Assembly (NCBI RefSeq): GCF_006345805.1
Contig: NC_043002.1
Location: 77,500,001-77,564,000 of the forward strand
DNA from: Octopus sinensis
Lineage: Eukaryota
Reading direction: 5' to 3'
DNA length: 64,000 nucleotides
Shown: positions 25,005 to 37,964 of the stretch, one piece after another
How positions within the stretch are numbered: the stretch's first letter is position 1
Layout: each line of letters opens with the position of its first letter
Translations under genes and position numbers: made by a program
The notes under the pieces: generated by a model
What the model was told of the DNA's origin: nothing
Seen by the model: only the letters and a program-made list of their open reading frames with translations
The model's database searches: none

Positions 25005-27228
25005 TAGTCACCTACCACTAGTCACCTACACACTAGTCAAATTGACTACATCCTCACCAGGAAACAGGAAAGACGACTACTTGTAAATGCCCAAACCTTC
25101 CCAGGTGAAGAATGTACCCCACAACATAGATTAGTAGTTAGCGACTTCAGGATCAGGGCTAAATGGATGACCAGAAGATGACCAGAATAGAGGAGAAGGG
25201 TCTGGAAGCTTAAGGATCCTGCAAAAAGAGATTGAGAGACATATTACTCAAAGCTGTAGAAGACAACTGGAGGTTTCTACAGGACAACCTTTTGAGGGCT
25301 AGTGACCAGATCTGTGGATGGTGCAAAGTCTCCTCTCAACCCAAGGTAACATGGTGGTGGAACAAAGTTGTTGACAGGGCTAGTAAGGAAAAAAAACAGG
25401 CTTTGAAGGACTGGAAGACCGGTGGTAGCAGGGAATTGTATTAGACTGCCAAAAGGGAAGCTAGGAGACAGGTTTATTTAGCCAGAGGGGAAGCAGATAA
25501 GGAAAAATTTGCCAATGTTCTGTGCCGTGAGGACCAAAGACATGAAGTATTTTTCTGTTGCAAGACAGTGTGTGAGAGAGAATCGCGATGTCCTAGGAGA
25601 GAAATGTGTCCACATGGGTCATGGTTCACTTGCTTTAAACGAAGCTGCAAAGAGACAGGTTTGGAGACGCCGTTATGAAAGTTTGCTAAATAAAGTGAAT
25701 GAATGTGAGAAAGAGAGTCTGCCGAATGCCAGCCCAACAGAGGGACCAGCTATCTATCCAAATTGACAGTGCCTTGGTAGGTAAAGCAATTAAGGGTATG
25801 AAGACAGGGAAAGCCCCTGGACCATCAGGAATCACCACAGAGATGCTCAAAATATCTGGCGGTGTCGGCTATAGCCTAGTCAACCAGGTGATACATGAAG
25901 GAGTCATACCCAATGACTGGTGTAGCAGCACCATAGTCAACTGCTAACAAAGGTAAAGGTGACGCATTAGATACAAATAATTACAGAGGTATCAAGTTGT
26001 TGGATCAGGTAATGAAGGTCACGGAGAGGGTCATAGCCCAAGTAATTAGGGAGAGAGGCAGTCTAGATGAGATGCAGTCTCGGTTCGTGTCAGGGAAAAG
26101 CACCACTGATGCTATATTTATGATAAAACAGATGCAGGAGAAATACCTAGTCCAAGATAAAACTCTGTACCTGGCTTTCATTGACAGGGTCCCCTGATCC
26201 CCTATCTGGTGATCATTGAGGAGACTAGGGATGGATGAATGTTTATTGAGAGCTGTACAAGCCATGTACAGTAAGGTGAGGGTTGGCAATGAGTACAGTG
26301 AAGAATATCGGGTAGGAGTAAGAGTCAACCTAAGATCAGTCCTCAGCCCCCTCTTATTCATTATAGTCCTCCAGGTAATAACAGAGGAATTCAAGACAGG
26401 CTGCCCCTGGGAGCTCCTCTATGCTGATGACCTTGCACTAATAGCAGAATCACTGCCGGAACTGGAGCCAAAGGTTAGGGCGTTGAAGCAAAGTCTAGAA
26501 TTGAATGGCCTTAGGGTTAACCTAGGCAAAACCAAAGTTTTAGTTAGTGTGCAGGCTGTCAAATCACAAACTCCTCTGTAGAAAAGGCATTGGTAGAAAC
26601 TCCATACGATGCACCCGGTGTAAGCTATGGACACATAAAAGGTGCAGCAATATCAAAGGAAGGTTAACTGGGAAAATTATTTCTTGTGTGTGGCAGATGC
26701 AGTGGAGCAATAAACAGTGAAGATGTTCAGAAAACAGCTTCCATTACATGCCTGGAAGGTGACCAAGTATGTAGTGGGAGTGATTGCTCTGCGAGTGTAG
26801 TGACTAGAGTAATAATAGCCTGGGCAAATTCAGGGAACTCCTCCCTCTGCTGGCAACTAATGGCCCCTCACTCACGGGAAAAGGTGGATTGTATGATGCA
26901 TGTGTGTGAACTGCCATACTATACGGTAGTGAAACATGGGCCATGAATGCCTAGGATATGCGTAAGCTTGCAGTATGCTTGACTCAAGTAAAACCAGTAC
27001 CGTAGCTTGGATTCGGTGCCGCGCCAGCTGGTTCCTGTGCCGATGGGACATAAAGAGCACCCACTACACACTCAGAATAGTTGGTGTTAGGAAGAGTATC
27101 TAGCTGTAGAAATTATGCTGGACTAGATTGAAGCCTGTTGCAGCCACTGCCTCTCCAAGATTTCAAACTGTCCAACCCATGCCAACATGGAAAACGGATG
27201 TTAATCGATGATGATGATGACGACGATG
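25005..27228 (+). mobile_element. Degenerate RTE LINE from endonuclease C-terminus to tail
   Basis: SQIDYIL..TFPGEECTPQHRLVVSDF, KAPGPSGI, NYRGI(K)LL, GKSTTDAIF, ELLYADDL; (GAT)n tail; stops and frameshifts throughout. Confidence 0.93.
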
Positions 27229-28146
27229 GTTAAAAATTTTCGGTATGCAAGTTAGGGACTCCTGCATAGAATTAAATGCTGTAATTGTTGAGTATATATA
27301 GAGTTTATTGAGCTGTTAAAAATTTTCAGTATGCAAATTAGGGACTGCTGCATAGAATTAAATGCTGAATTTGTTGAGTATATATAGAGTTTATTAAGCG
27401 GCTAAAAATTTTCAGTATGCAAATTAGGGACTCCTGCATAGAATTAAATGCTGCATTTGTTGAGTATATATAGAGTTTATTAAGCGGTTAAAATTATTCG
27501 GTATGCAAATTAGGGACTCCAGCATAGGATTTCCTAGTGTATTTTTTGAGTATATATAGCGATTAAAAATTTTCGGTATGCAAATTAGGGACTCCTGCAT
27601 ACAATTAAATGCTGTATTTGCTGAATATATAAAGAGTATATTGAGTGGCTAAAAATTTTCGGTATTCAAATTAGGGACTTCTGCATAGAATTAAATGCTG
27701 TATATGTTGAGTATATATAGAGTTTTTTAAGTGGTTAAAAATGTTCGGTATGCATATTAGGGACTCCTGCATAGAATAAATGTTGAGTATATATAGAGTT
27801 TATAGAGGGGTTAAAAGTTTTCAGTATGCAAATTAGGGAATCCTGCATAGAATTAAATGCAGTATTTTTTGAATATATAAAGAGTTTATTGAGCTGTTAA
27901 AATTTTTCGGTATGCAAATTAGGGACACTTGCATAGAATTAAATGTTGCATTTGTTGAGTATATATAGAGTTTATTGAGCGGTTAAAAATGTTCGGTATG
28001 CATATTAGGGACTCCTGCATAGAATAAATGCTATATTTGTTGAGTATATATAGAGTTTATAGAGGGGTTAAAAGTTTTCAGTATGCAAATTAGGGAATCC
28101 TGCATAGAATTAAATGCAGTATTTTTTTAATATATAAAGAGTTTAT
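27229..28146. repeat. 86-bp minisatellite, about 11 units
   Basis: Unit starts at 27229, 27315, 27401, 27487, 27562, 27648, 27734, 27810, 27896, 27982 and 28067. Confidence 0.97.
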
Positions 28147-28615
28147 AGATGCACATATTGTCAGCCACTAAGGGACATGCTCAATTGGTTAAGGTCAAAC
28201 AACTGACAAGCAAATCTATGGTATTGAGCAGAATATTTACTGTAGCCCATCTTTTATACCAAGACAAAACAATGTACATGATAACACTTCCAATCAGTTA
28301 AGATTAGAAGCCATGAGAGCCACTGCCTGGTACTGCATCAGGGCATTTATCATCATCATCATTATTATTTTTATTTTTATTATTATTAAAGCAGCGAGCT
28401 GGCAAAATGCTTAGTGGCATTTCATCTATGTTTACAGTCTGAGTTCAAATTCCACTGAGGGCGACTTTGACTTCCATCCTTTTGGGGTCGATAAATTAAG
28501 TACCAGTGAAACACTGGGATTGATGTAATCGACTAGTACCTTCCCCACAAAGTTCTTGTACCTATAGTAGAAGTTCTTGTACCTATAATAGAAAAGATTA
28601 CTACTACTGCTACTG

Positions 28616-28661
<46 letters not shown>

Positions 28662-28946
28662 TACTACTGCAAAAGGTAGCAAGCTAACAGAATCAATACC
28701 GTGTCAAACAAACTCACTAATGAAATTTTTCTGGACTTCATGTTTTAAGTTCCAGTTCTACTGAGGTCAACTTTGCCTTTCATACTTTTTTTGGTGGTGG
28801 GGTGGATAAAATGAATTACCAATTGAGTGCTAGGGTCAAGGTCGTTGATTAACTCTCCTTCCCTAAAATTTCAAGCTTTGTGCCTATAATTGAAGGGATT
28901 ATCATCATCATTATCTTCATCATTGCTATTATTATATCATGAAAGA

Positions 28947-29187
28947 GGCGGTGAGCTGGCAGAATCGTTAGCATATTGGATGAAATACTTAGTGGTATTT
29001 CGCCCGTCACTACATTCTGAGTTCAAATTCCACCAAGGTTGACTCTGCCTTTCATCCTTTCAGGGTCAATAAATTAAGTACCAGTGAAACAATGGGGTCG
29101 ATGTAATCAACTAGTCTCGTCCCCACAAATTTCAGGCTTTGTGCCCTCAGTGGAAAGGATTATTATTATTATTATTATTATTATTAC
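28947..29187 (+). mobile_element. SINE family B, full length
   Basis: GGCGGTGAGCTGGCAGAATCGTTAGC head, B box, Meta-like core and (ATT)n tail. Confidence 0.85.
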
Positions 29188-29613
29188 AATTCAACTCTAA
29201 ATATATACCCAAATTTCTTTTTTGTATACTATTTTATATGTCATTTACTTTTTAATTTATCCATTTTTAACTTCTTACTAACTAAATCAATCTAATTTTG
29301 TCCAGTTTTGGCTTTCCAAACATTGTATATATAAAGAGGAAATTTTGTGTGTATATTTAGAGTTGAATTGTTGGTATAACCATGATGACCTTGTATCTAT
29401 TGAGCTAGCTTTCTTTATTTGCATTAATTTGTGAATATGCAATTGTATTATATTATGCTGTGCATGCATATTAATGCAAACCTGTATACAGAATTTCTTC
29501 CATACAATATTAATACTACATGAAGAAGTTTGCAAAATGGCTGCAATCCTATGGAAGTTATGTGGTTACATAAATATATATTCACCTCTCATAATACCTA
29601 CTGACTTTATGGT

Positions 29614-29656
<43 letters not shown>

Positions 29657-29685
29657 ATGTGTGTGTGTGTGTGTGTGTGTGTGTA

Positions 29686-30863
29686 CACAAGGGAGAGTCA
29701 AAAGTTAAACACACTCTTGCTTTTTCAATGTATTTAAAAAGCAGGGGATAAACAAGTACGCTATTTTTCAATATAGTCTCCTCCCTTTTCAATGCACTTA
29801 GTCCTCCAAGAAGAAGGTTTTCGGTTGGTTGTGCAACCATTCATGCACCACTTCCTTCACATCTTCATCCATAGGAAATTGACAACCTTGTAAACCACCT
29901 TTGAGCAGTCCAAAGATATGATAGGCAGAAAGGGCAAGATCTGGGCTGTAGGCAGGGTATTCCAGTACCTCAAAAACCCTATTGATTAATGGTTTCAACA
30001 GTCTGGGCAGTCATGTGTGGACGTGCATTGTCATGCAGTAACAAGACATTCTTCAACAATAGGCTTCAGTATTTGGAACTAATTGCTGGCTTCAGTTTGT
30101 TGACTAGCAAAGCATTGTATCTTGCACTGTTGATGGTACACCCCTGTCCCAAAAAAGAGCTAGCATCACCTTTCCCATAGAAGACTGAGTCTTAAATTTC
30201 TTCGTCGTTGGTGAGCCAGGAATGTTTCCACTCCATACCCTGTCTTTTGGATTCTGCCTCATAATGATGGACCCACATTTCATCACTTGTGTATATTCTG
30301 CTCAAAATTCCTCACCCTCATTGTTGCAGTAATCAAGTAAATGTTGGCAGACCTCAAGACGTTTGTGCTTATGTTCTGCAGTAAGCTCTCTTAGCACCCA
30401 TCTTGCACAGACTTTATGGAAACCAAGCTAATCATGGATAATTTGATAGGCAGAACCATGATTAATCTGCAGAGAATGAGCTACTTCTCAATAATATCTC
30501 GCCAATTCACCATTACCATCTCTTGAGCTGGTTGAATCTTCTTAATCCACTCATACACACTTCTGTGCAGTAGTGCACGGTCCCCATATTGTGCTAAAAG
30601 CCTCTGATGAATTTCAGCACCTGACACACCTTCTGACCAGAGTAATCAGATCACTGCTCTTTATTCTTCTTTTGTGCACATTGCTAGTGGAGCAACCATG
30701 CTTACACTGTAAAACCAGAAAGAAAAATGGCACAATCAGGCTCATACTTCAATCATGTGACCACAATAGTACCAACTAAGATCATGCATGCACAGAAGGC
30801 AGTGTTCCAACAATAAAGATATGTTATGGTGAAAGTGCAGATAATTTTTGACTTCCCCTTGTG
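29686..30863 (-). mobile_element. Degenerate mariner transposon (second family)
   Basis: Imperfect TIRs CACAAGGGAGAGTCAAAAGTTA / TAATTTTTGACTTCCCCTTGTG; peptides PGSPTTKKFKTQSSMGKVMLALFWD and YPAYSPDLALSAYHIFG. Confidence 0.88.
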
Positions 30864-30884
30864 TGTATATATATATAAACATAG

Positions 30885-31067
30885 AGAGGACAGACAAAGG
30901 GATTAAGTCGATTACATAGACCCCAGTGTGAAACTGGTACTTTAATTATCAACCCCGAAAGGATGAAAGGCAAAGTCGACCTCAGTGGAATTTGAACTCA
31001 GAACGTAACAACAGACGAAATACCGCTAAGCATTTCGCCCGGCGCGCTAACGTTTCTGCCAGCTCGA
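30885..31067 (-). mobile_element. SINE family B
   Basis: Matches 10405-10638. Confidence 0.8.
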
Positions 31068-32299
31068 TACACACACACACATATATATATACAGGTATAT
31101 ATATACATAAAAACATACATACATGCATGCATACATATAATGGTTGTGTGGTATGAAGCTTGCTTCTCAACCACACAATTCCAGGTTCAGTCCCACTGCT
31201 GGGCACCTTGAGCAAGTGACTTCTACTGTAGCCTCTGGCCAACCAAAATCTTGTGAGTGGATTTGATAGACAGAGACTGAAAGAAGCCTGTCATGTGTAA
31301 GTATGTGTGTGTGTGTGTGTGCATGCATGTATCTGTGTTTGTCTCCACATCACTGCCTGTTGGTGTGTCTATGTCTCTGTAACTTAGTGGCTCAGCAAAA
31401 GGGACCAATAAAACAAGCACTAGGCTTAAAAAATAAGCCCGGGTGTCGATTTGGTCAACTAAAATCCTTCAAAGTGGTGCTCCAGCATGGCCACAATCAA
31501 ATAACTGAAACAAATAAAAGAATATATATACCATCATCGTCATTTAATGTCCATTTTCCATGCTTGCTTGGGTAGGGCTGTTTTACAGGAACTGGTAAGT
31601 CAGAAGACTGCATCAAGCTGGGCTCTCTGTTTTGGCGTGGTTTCTATGCTTGGGTACCCTTCTTAACACCAACCATCTTACAGAGTGTACAGGGTGCTTT
31701 TTTATATGGCACCAGCAGCAGCAGTGAGGTCACCAAGTAACTTGCAAGACAACCACCACCCCAACTGACAGGGTGGGGTTAGTATTGAGGGGCAGAAACA
31801 GCATGACTACCTCAGATGGAAAGGCAGAAAAGAGAGAAAGGTGAAGATTTCATGATTAGGGGTCGTAGGCCATACACCAGAATTACAGGGGGTGGGTGTA
31901 CAGTGAAGTGGACTAAGGACTGGAGAGGGTGAGCAGGTGGGTGAGTTCACAGGATTTCGAAAGGTGAGTAGGAGCTAAAGGGAGGAGGGATGTAACATGG
32001 GGTAGGCACTGGTAAAAAGAGGGTTATTAGGAAGATATGTTGTGGGGAAGGGATTGAGCAGGGATATATTGTGTGCCAGTAGGTATGTGAGGAAGAGTGG
32101 AGGAAAAAGGTGATACAATGGTAGTAAGCAAGGGTGGGTTGTGGGGAAGAGGGGGTGGGAATGGATATATGTATGTATGCAGGGGGATGGAACAAAGAAA
32201 ACAAGAGGAGGGGTGAGACAGGCAGACAGACAGAGCTAAATAGATATAATCATCATTAACCTAATTTCTGCTTTGAATGTATATATTGGCTCTCATATT

Positions 32300-32688
32300 C
32301 TTTTATTCTTTTATTTGTTTGTCATTTGACCGTGGTCATGCTGGAGCACTGCCTTTAGTCAAACAAATTAAACCCAGGACTTATTCTTTGTAAGTCTAGT
32401 ACTTACTCTATCGGTCTCTTTTGCTGAAACATTAAGTTATTGGGATGTGAATACACCAACATCAGTTGCCAAGCAATGGGAGGGGGAACAAACATGCACA
32501 CACACATTTATATATATTTATATATACGACAGGCTTCTTTCAGTTTCCATCTACCAAATCCACTCACAAGGCTTTGGTCAACCCAAGGCTATAGTAGAAG
32601 ACATTTGCCCAATGTTCCATGCAGTGGGACTGAACCCAGAACTGTGTGGTTGGTAAGCAAGCTTCTTACCACACAGCCACTCCTGTGC
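32300..32688 (-). mobile_element. SINE family A, full length
   Basis: Matches 10916-11332. Confidence 0.85.
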
Positions 32689-33427
32689 CTATAAATATAT
32701 ACATATATAAATGTGTGTGCATGTTTATTGATGTACTATTCTATGTGTGCATATGTGTCTCAAATACATTATTTATATATAGATGTATATGTCTATGTAT
32801 GTATGCAAACATGCGCATGTGCACACACACACACAACCACACATATACATAAATATAGAGTGAGAAATGGAGAAAACAGATATGTTTGTGTGTGTCTATG
32901 CTTGTATTTATGTATTCATTTGTGTGCATTTATGTACATTTATACATATGCATGTGTCTGTGTGTGCATCAATGAGTACGTGGTTTTTAGACTTACATAT
33001 ATACATGCATGTGAAAATATCTTGCAGACATAATTGCACTTTATGGTAAGCATAATATATATTAAAATAGCAAAATAACAAAAGCGTGTCTGAAGTTTCA
33101 CTAGTGCAAATGATTGAAATTACAATAACCAAACTGATGTTTAACAATATTTCTTCATTGTAAAAAGAGGACTTAATAAAGATTAATGCCTCCTATATTT
33201 CACTGGTATTTAGATTGCGGAATATTATTTATTTCAGAAGTAGATACCACCTTCAAATATCAACTGAGAATAATTACTACTTTTCAGTTATTATATTCCT
33301 ATTACCAAAACTCTGGAAGAATTGGTGCTAGCATAAATCATTACTTCATCAATTGCTGTTTTTTCAGTCATCTTTTTCTGAATTATGAAACATACTTTGT
33401 ATTGTCATTGGTGTTGTTTTATAATTT

Positions 33428-33771
33428 CTGTTTCAAGAACCACAAGGCTTCTTTCATTCTCTGCCACCAATTTTAGCCTCTGCCTTAAATGCCTCCATCT
33501 TTGCTCTTCCTACTTTGTGCATTGTGATTCGCTGTTATACCTTCTATCTATCTTCTCTACCCACAGTTTCTGGAAGGGTCATTGGAGGTTTTATCATTTC
33601 TGTTTCAAGAACCACAAGGCTTCCTTCATTCTCTGCCACCAATTTTAGCCTCTGCCTTAAATGCCTCCATCTTTGCTTTTCTTACTTTATTTGTGCATTG
33701 TGATTTACTGCTATTCCTTCTATCTATCTTCTCTACCCATAGTTCCTGGAAGGGTCATTGGGGGTAGAGTC
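33428..33771. repeat. 172-bp tandem duplication
   Basis: CTGTTTCAAGAACCACAAGG begins at both 33428 and 33600. Confidence 0.93.
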
Positions 33772-33779
33772 CTGAAGCA

Positions 33780-35650
33780 CCTCCTCTACAAGGTCCTCTT
33801 ATAAGCAACCATCATTATACTTTACAGCTGGACTCCCAAGAATGACCAATTGAAACTGTGAATATTATCCAGTCTTCTCATTCTTGGTCTACCTTTAGGT
33901 CTCCTGCAGGTTAGCTTGGCTTGAAGAATCCCTCTTGTGATTCTTTTCTGTAATATTCTAATCACATGACCATAGTACGAGAACTGTGACCTTTCAATGT
34001 AAAGAAGTAGAGGCTTGACCTGGAGAGATTCTCTGATCTCCAGGCTATGGAGACTCTGGAGTAATGTTACTCCAAAGTTCCTTCAGAAGAAATTCATTGT
34101 GGTTGCTTGTATTGGGTCATCCCATAAATAATGCAGTTTTTTAAATACTTCTTTTATTTTTCAAAATTAATATAAACTAAGTTCTTTTTCAATCTAAAAT
34201 ATACTCTCCTTCATTTTCTACAATGCTCTTCCATCTATCTGGTAGACTTACAAGGCCCCTCTCCCAAAATTCACTTGTCTGTGATGAAAAATGCTCTTCC
34301 AGTACTGTTCTGTCTTTGTCTACAGAATTCATATTTTTTCCATCCAAATGATTTTGAAGACTGCAGAATAAATGATAATCAGATGAGGCAATGTCCGGCG
34401 AATATGGTGAGTGGGGCATGGTTTCCCATTCAAACTGCTCCAACCTTTGGAATGTTATCCTCGCTGTATGTGGCAGAGCTTTATCCTATGGGAAGAACAC
34501 CTTTCGTCTTGAAACCAAAGATGGCTGTTTTTCTTCTAGTGTTGACTTAAGCAGCTCAAGCTGCTCACAGTAGATCTCTTTTTGTAAATGTTTGGTTTGG
34601 ACTTAAAAGTTCAAAGGGGACTAAACCTTTCAGATCCCTCTAAACAACACCTTATGTGGGTGAAGACCTTCTTTAGCCTGGGATGCTGGTATTTCTCCTT
34701 TCCCTACCCACTGTCTTTGGTACTTGGCATTTTTATAGAGAACCCATTTCTCATTACCAGTCACTATTCAGTCCCAAAATTGTTCATTCATGAGACATGA
34801 CAACAAAGAAGAACACACATTAACTCTCTGTATGCAATTAGACTCTGAAATTTTGTGAGGAACCCATTGACCCAATTTGCTGACTTTTCTGATGGCACGC
34901 AGATGTCGATGAATGGTTGAATGACCAAATCCAAGATTCTCTGCTAGTTCCTCAACAATTACAATAGGATTTTGTTATACCAAGGTTTGCAGGACATCCT
35001 CATCAAGCTCTACAGATCTTCCAGGATGAGGCTCATCTTCTAGGCTGTAGTTTCTGGCTCGGAATTTCTGAAGTCACTGTTGATACTGTCTTACACTTAT
35101 TGTCTGATCCTCATATACTGCATTAATATTCCTCACACTTTCCATTGTGTTGTTGCCTTTATTGAAGTCATAAAGAAAAATATGCGTTCCTTTGTCACTT
35201 CCATTATAACTTTGAAAAAATAACTATCAAAATCGAACTGCACTCTTCAAAACTTGCACTAAGAATAAGGACAAGGTAAAATTACTACCTGCTTTTATAG
35301 TAAGTTGATGTAGGTAGTTCATCTCCTCCCCCATCGATTTTTAGTTCATGCAATTGAAAAATCCGCATTATTTATGGGATGACCCAATATTTGTGAACAA
35401 TCAGTCATTACTCACTTTTTGTCACCTTAGGTGAGAGTAGGCACTGAAATCAAATTGAAGACAGCAAGTTTGGCTTTTTTCACCAACCTCTCTTCTGAAG
35501 ATCAAATGCTGGAACCGGTACATTACTGTACCAGCACCTGCAATTCTAGCATCCAATTCAATTGCCTGCTTCCCATCATTCATGAATATGGCTCTGAGAT
35601 ACTTAAACGCCTCCACTTGTCTCAGTGATGTTCCACTAACATGCAAAGTG
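33780..35650 (-). mobile_element. Old RTE-like LINE fragment interrupted by a mariner
   Basis: VEAFKYL..DG..ELDARI at 35422-35646; degenerate YGHV- and GRP-like motifs at about 33880-33980. Confidence 0.6.
34112..35387 (-). mobile_element. Full-length (1276 bp) degenerate mariner transposon
   Basis: TIR TTGGGTCATCCCATAAATAATGC at both ends; TA at 34110-34111 and 35388-35389; HSPYSPDIASSDYHLF. Confidence 0.95.
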
Positions 35651-35829
35651 CTATGGGAAGACTTTCATGAAAGGACCGATGTCTGTCTTTCTTGGACCAA
35701 TTTCTCAGTCTTCACAATATCAATTCTCATAACAAAATAAATTTTTTTGAATTGATTGAAAAACTGAAATTAGTGGTGCTCATGCTATTTGCATGTCTTC
35801 ACAGATTAGTTAGAACAATGCAGTGTATA

Positions 35830-36431
35830 TTTAAAGAATAAAATGTTTTGAATGGCACAACAATGCACTGTATTAACAACAATGGACTATAATAACTGTT
35901 GTAAATTATTCATCCATAGTCTGATATGATATTTCGGAATAAAAATTCCTTCTTCAGATATCCTTAGGAATTGATGGTGTCGCTGCTATAATAGGTTTTC
36001 CAATGGCTTTTCTGTTGTTTTTTTTTCCCGGAAGTGTCTCAGCAGTGGTCTCACAAAGCTCCTTCCAGAAAAAAATAAAGGAGGAGGGAAAAAAAACGGA
36101 AGCTGCATATATAATACATAACTTAGAAGCAGCGCTACGGATGTGCTAGCACACATGAGCTTGAGACATGGCCAACCTCATGCACTTCTCATGAGGAATT
36201 CTGGGAGGAGCTTTGTGAGCTCCCTGCTGAGACACTTCTGGAAAAAAAAAATAGCCATTGGAAAACCGATTATAGCAGTGACTCCATCAATTCTTAGGGA
36301 TATCTGAAGGAATTTCTATATTCCGAAATATTATATCAGACTATGGATGATTAAATTACGAGAGTTATTATAGTCCATCGTTTGTATTATAGTGCATTGT
36401 TGTATCATTCAAAACATTTTATTCTTTACAA
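35830..36431. repeat. Inverted repeat, arms about 235 bp, spacer about 130 bp
   Basis: 35830-36069 is the reverse complement of 36199-36431 with substitutions and small indels. Confidence 0.9.
35923..35962 (-). ncRNA. Minimal type I hammerhead ribozyme candidate
   Basis: GAUAU CUGAAGA A GGAAU-UUUU-AUUCC GAAA UA UC / AUAUC: helix I 5 bp, helix II 5 bp, 4-nt palindromic helix III. Confidence 0.55.
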
Positions 36432-36855
36432 ACAAAACACAATGCTTCAAGCGAACTACAATACTCTCCTAGTGTATATTTAGTTTGAACGCCTCTCAAT
36501 TTGTTTATATAAATTTATAATCTATTATCTTGAAAATAAGCACTATTAAATTAAAAAATAGCCATCTATGTATCATACATAATGAATATACGCTATTGAC
36601 AGGGTAAGTTACTGTTGTCTTCCTTCATCAGAGATAAAAATCTCTTATTGACATATTGCACTCAAAAACACAATGTAGGTGCAAGTGTGGCTATGTAATA
36701 AAAAGATTGCTTCCCAACCACAAAGTCCTGGATTCAGTTTCACTGCTTTGTACCTTGAGCAAATGTTTTCTGCTATTGCTGTTGGCTGACCAAAACCTTA
36801 TCAGTGGATTTGGTAGACAAAAACTGAAAGAAGTCTGGTTCGCACACATACGCAT

Positions 36856-36904
<49 letters not shown>

Positions 36905-36920
36905 CATTGTACATATATGA

Positions 36921-36954
<34 letters not shown>

Positions 36955-37539
36955 ATTATGTTTTTCTCATTCTCTCTCTGTTTATTTTCTCTCTTTCCTT
37001 TCTGTTGAAGAGCATAGGCTTGAAAGACTTTTCCATTTTCCCAAGCTTCAAACTAATACACCTGTTTGTTGTTTATACACCTGGCTTTGTCTTTTGTTTT
37101 TCTATGAATTTCAACTATATATATATATGTGTGTGTGTGTCTGTATATATATTGTCTTGGAGTTATGGATAAGATACCAGTCTACCATTGGTAATTTCTC
37201 ATCACAAAGGAAATTGAACACTGCACTGCAAATCTATAAAACACTCGTTAATTTTACAGAATTCCCACTGCTTACCATAGATATAGCTCAACACTGGAGA
37301 AGAGGTACTGACCACTGTATTTTCAAATTAACTATATGTGATTCCTTCCTGATATAATTGAGTTGGGTTTTGTTGGAAAAAGTGTTTCAATAACTGGTTA
37401 TCCTTCCTATCACTCAGCTATGACATAAGACTGGAAGCATGATTTTTTTTCTAACCTACTAAGTGGTTATTTGGGGCCTGTTTTGGTTACTAGCCAATTT
37501 GTTGAGAATGATTTCTATTTTAAAAGAAAATTTGTCATA

Positions 37540-37695
37540 GGCGCAGGAGTGGCTGTGTGGTAAGTAGCTTGCTTACAAACCACATGGTTCTGGGTTCAGT
37601 CCCACTGTGTGGCACCTTGGTCAAGTGTCTATAGCCTCGGGTCGACCAAAGCCTTGTGAGTGGATTTGGTAGACGGAAACTGAAAGAAGCCCATC

Positions 37696-37745
<50 letters not shown>

Positions 37746-37964
37746 ATGTGTTTGTGTGTCTGTGTTTGTCCCCCCCACAACATCGCTTGACAACTGATGC
37801 TGGTGTGTTTACGTCCCCGTAACTTAGTGGTTTGGCAAAAGAGACCGATAGAATAAGTACTAGGCTTACAAAGAATAAGTCCTGGGGTCGATTTGCTTGA
37901 CTAAAGGCGGTGCTCCAGCATGTTCGCAGACAAATGACTGAAACAAGTAAAAGAGTAAAAGAGT
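37540..37964 (+). mobile_element. SINE family A, full length
   Basis: Same head, internal (TA)n(TG)n and tail as the other copies. Confidence 0.9.

Noticed and set aside
27229-28146. CRISPR-like or telomeric interpretation of the 86-bp array (one TTAGGG per unit)
   Set aside because: There are no unique spacers, the context is eukaryotic, and a single hexamer per unit is not a telomeric tract.
36590-36640. CTGATGA on the minus strand resembling a hammerhead start
   Set aside because: No downstream GAAA or helix III/cleavage triplet.
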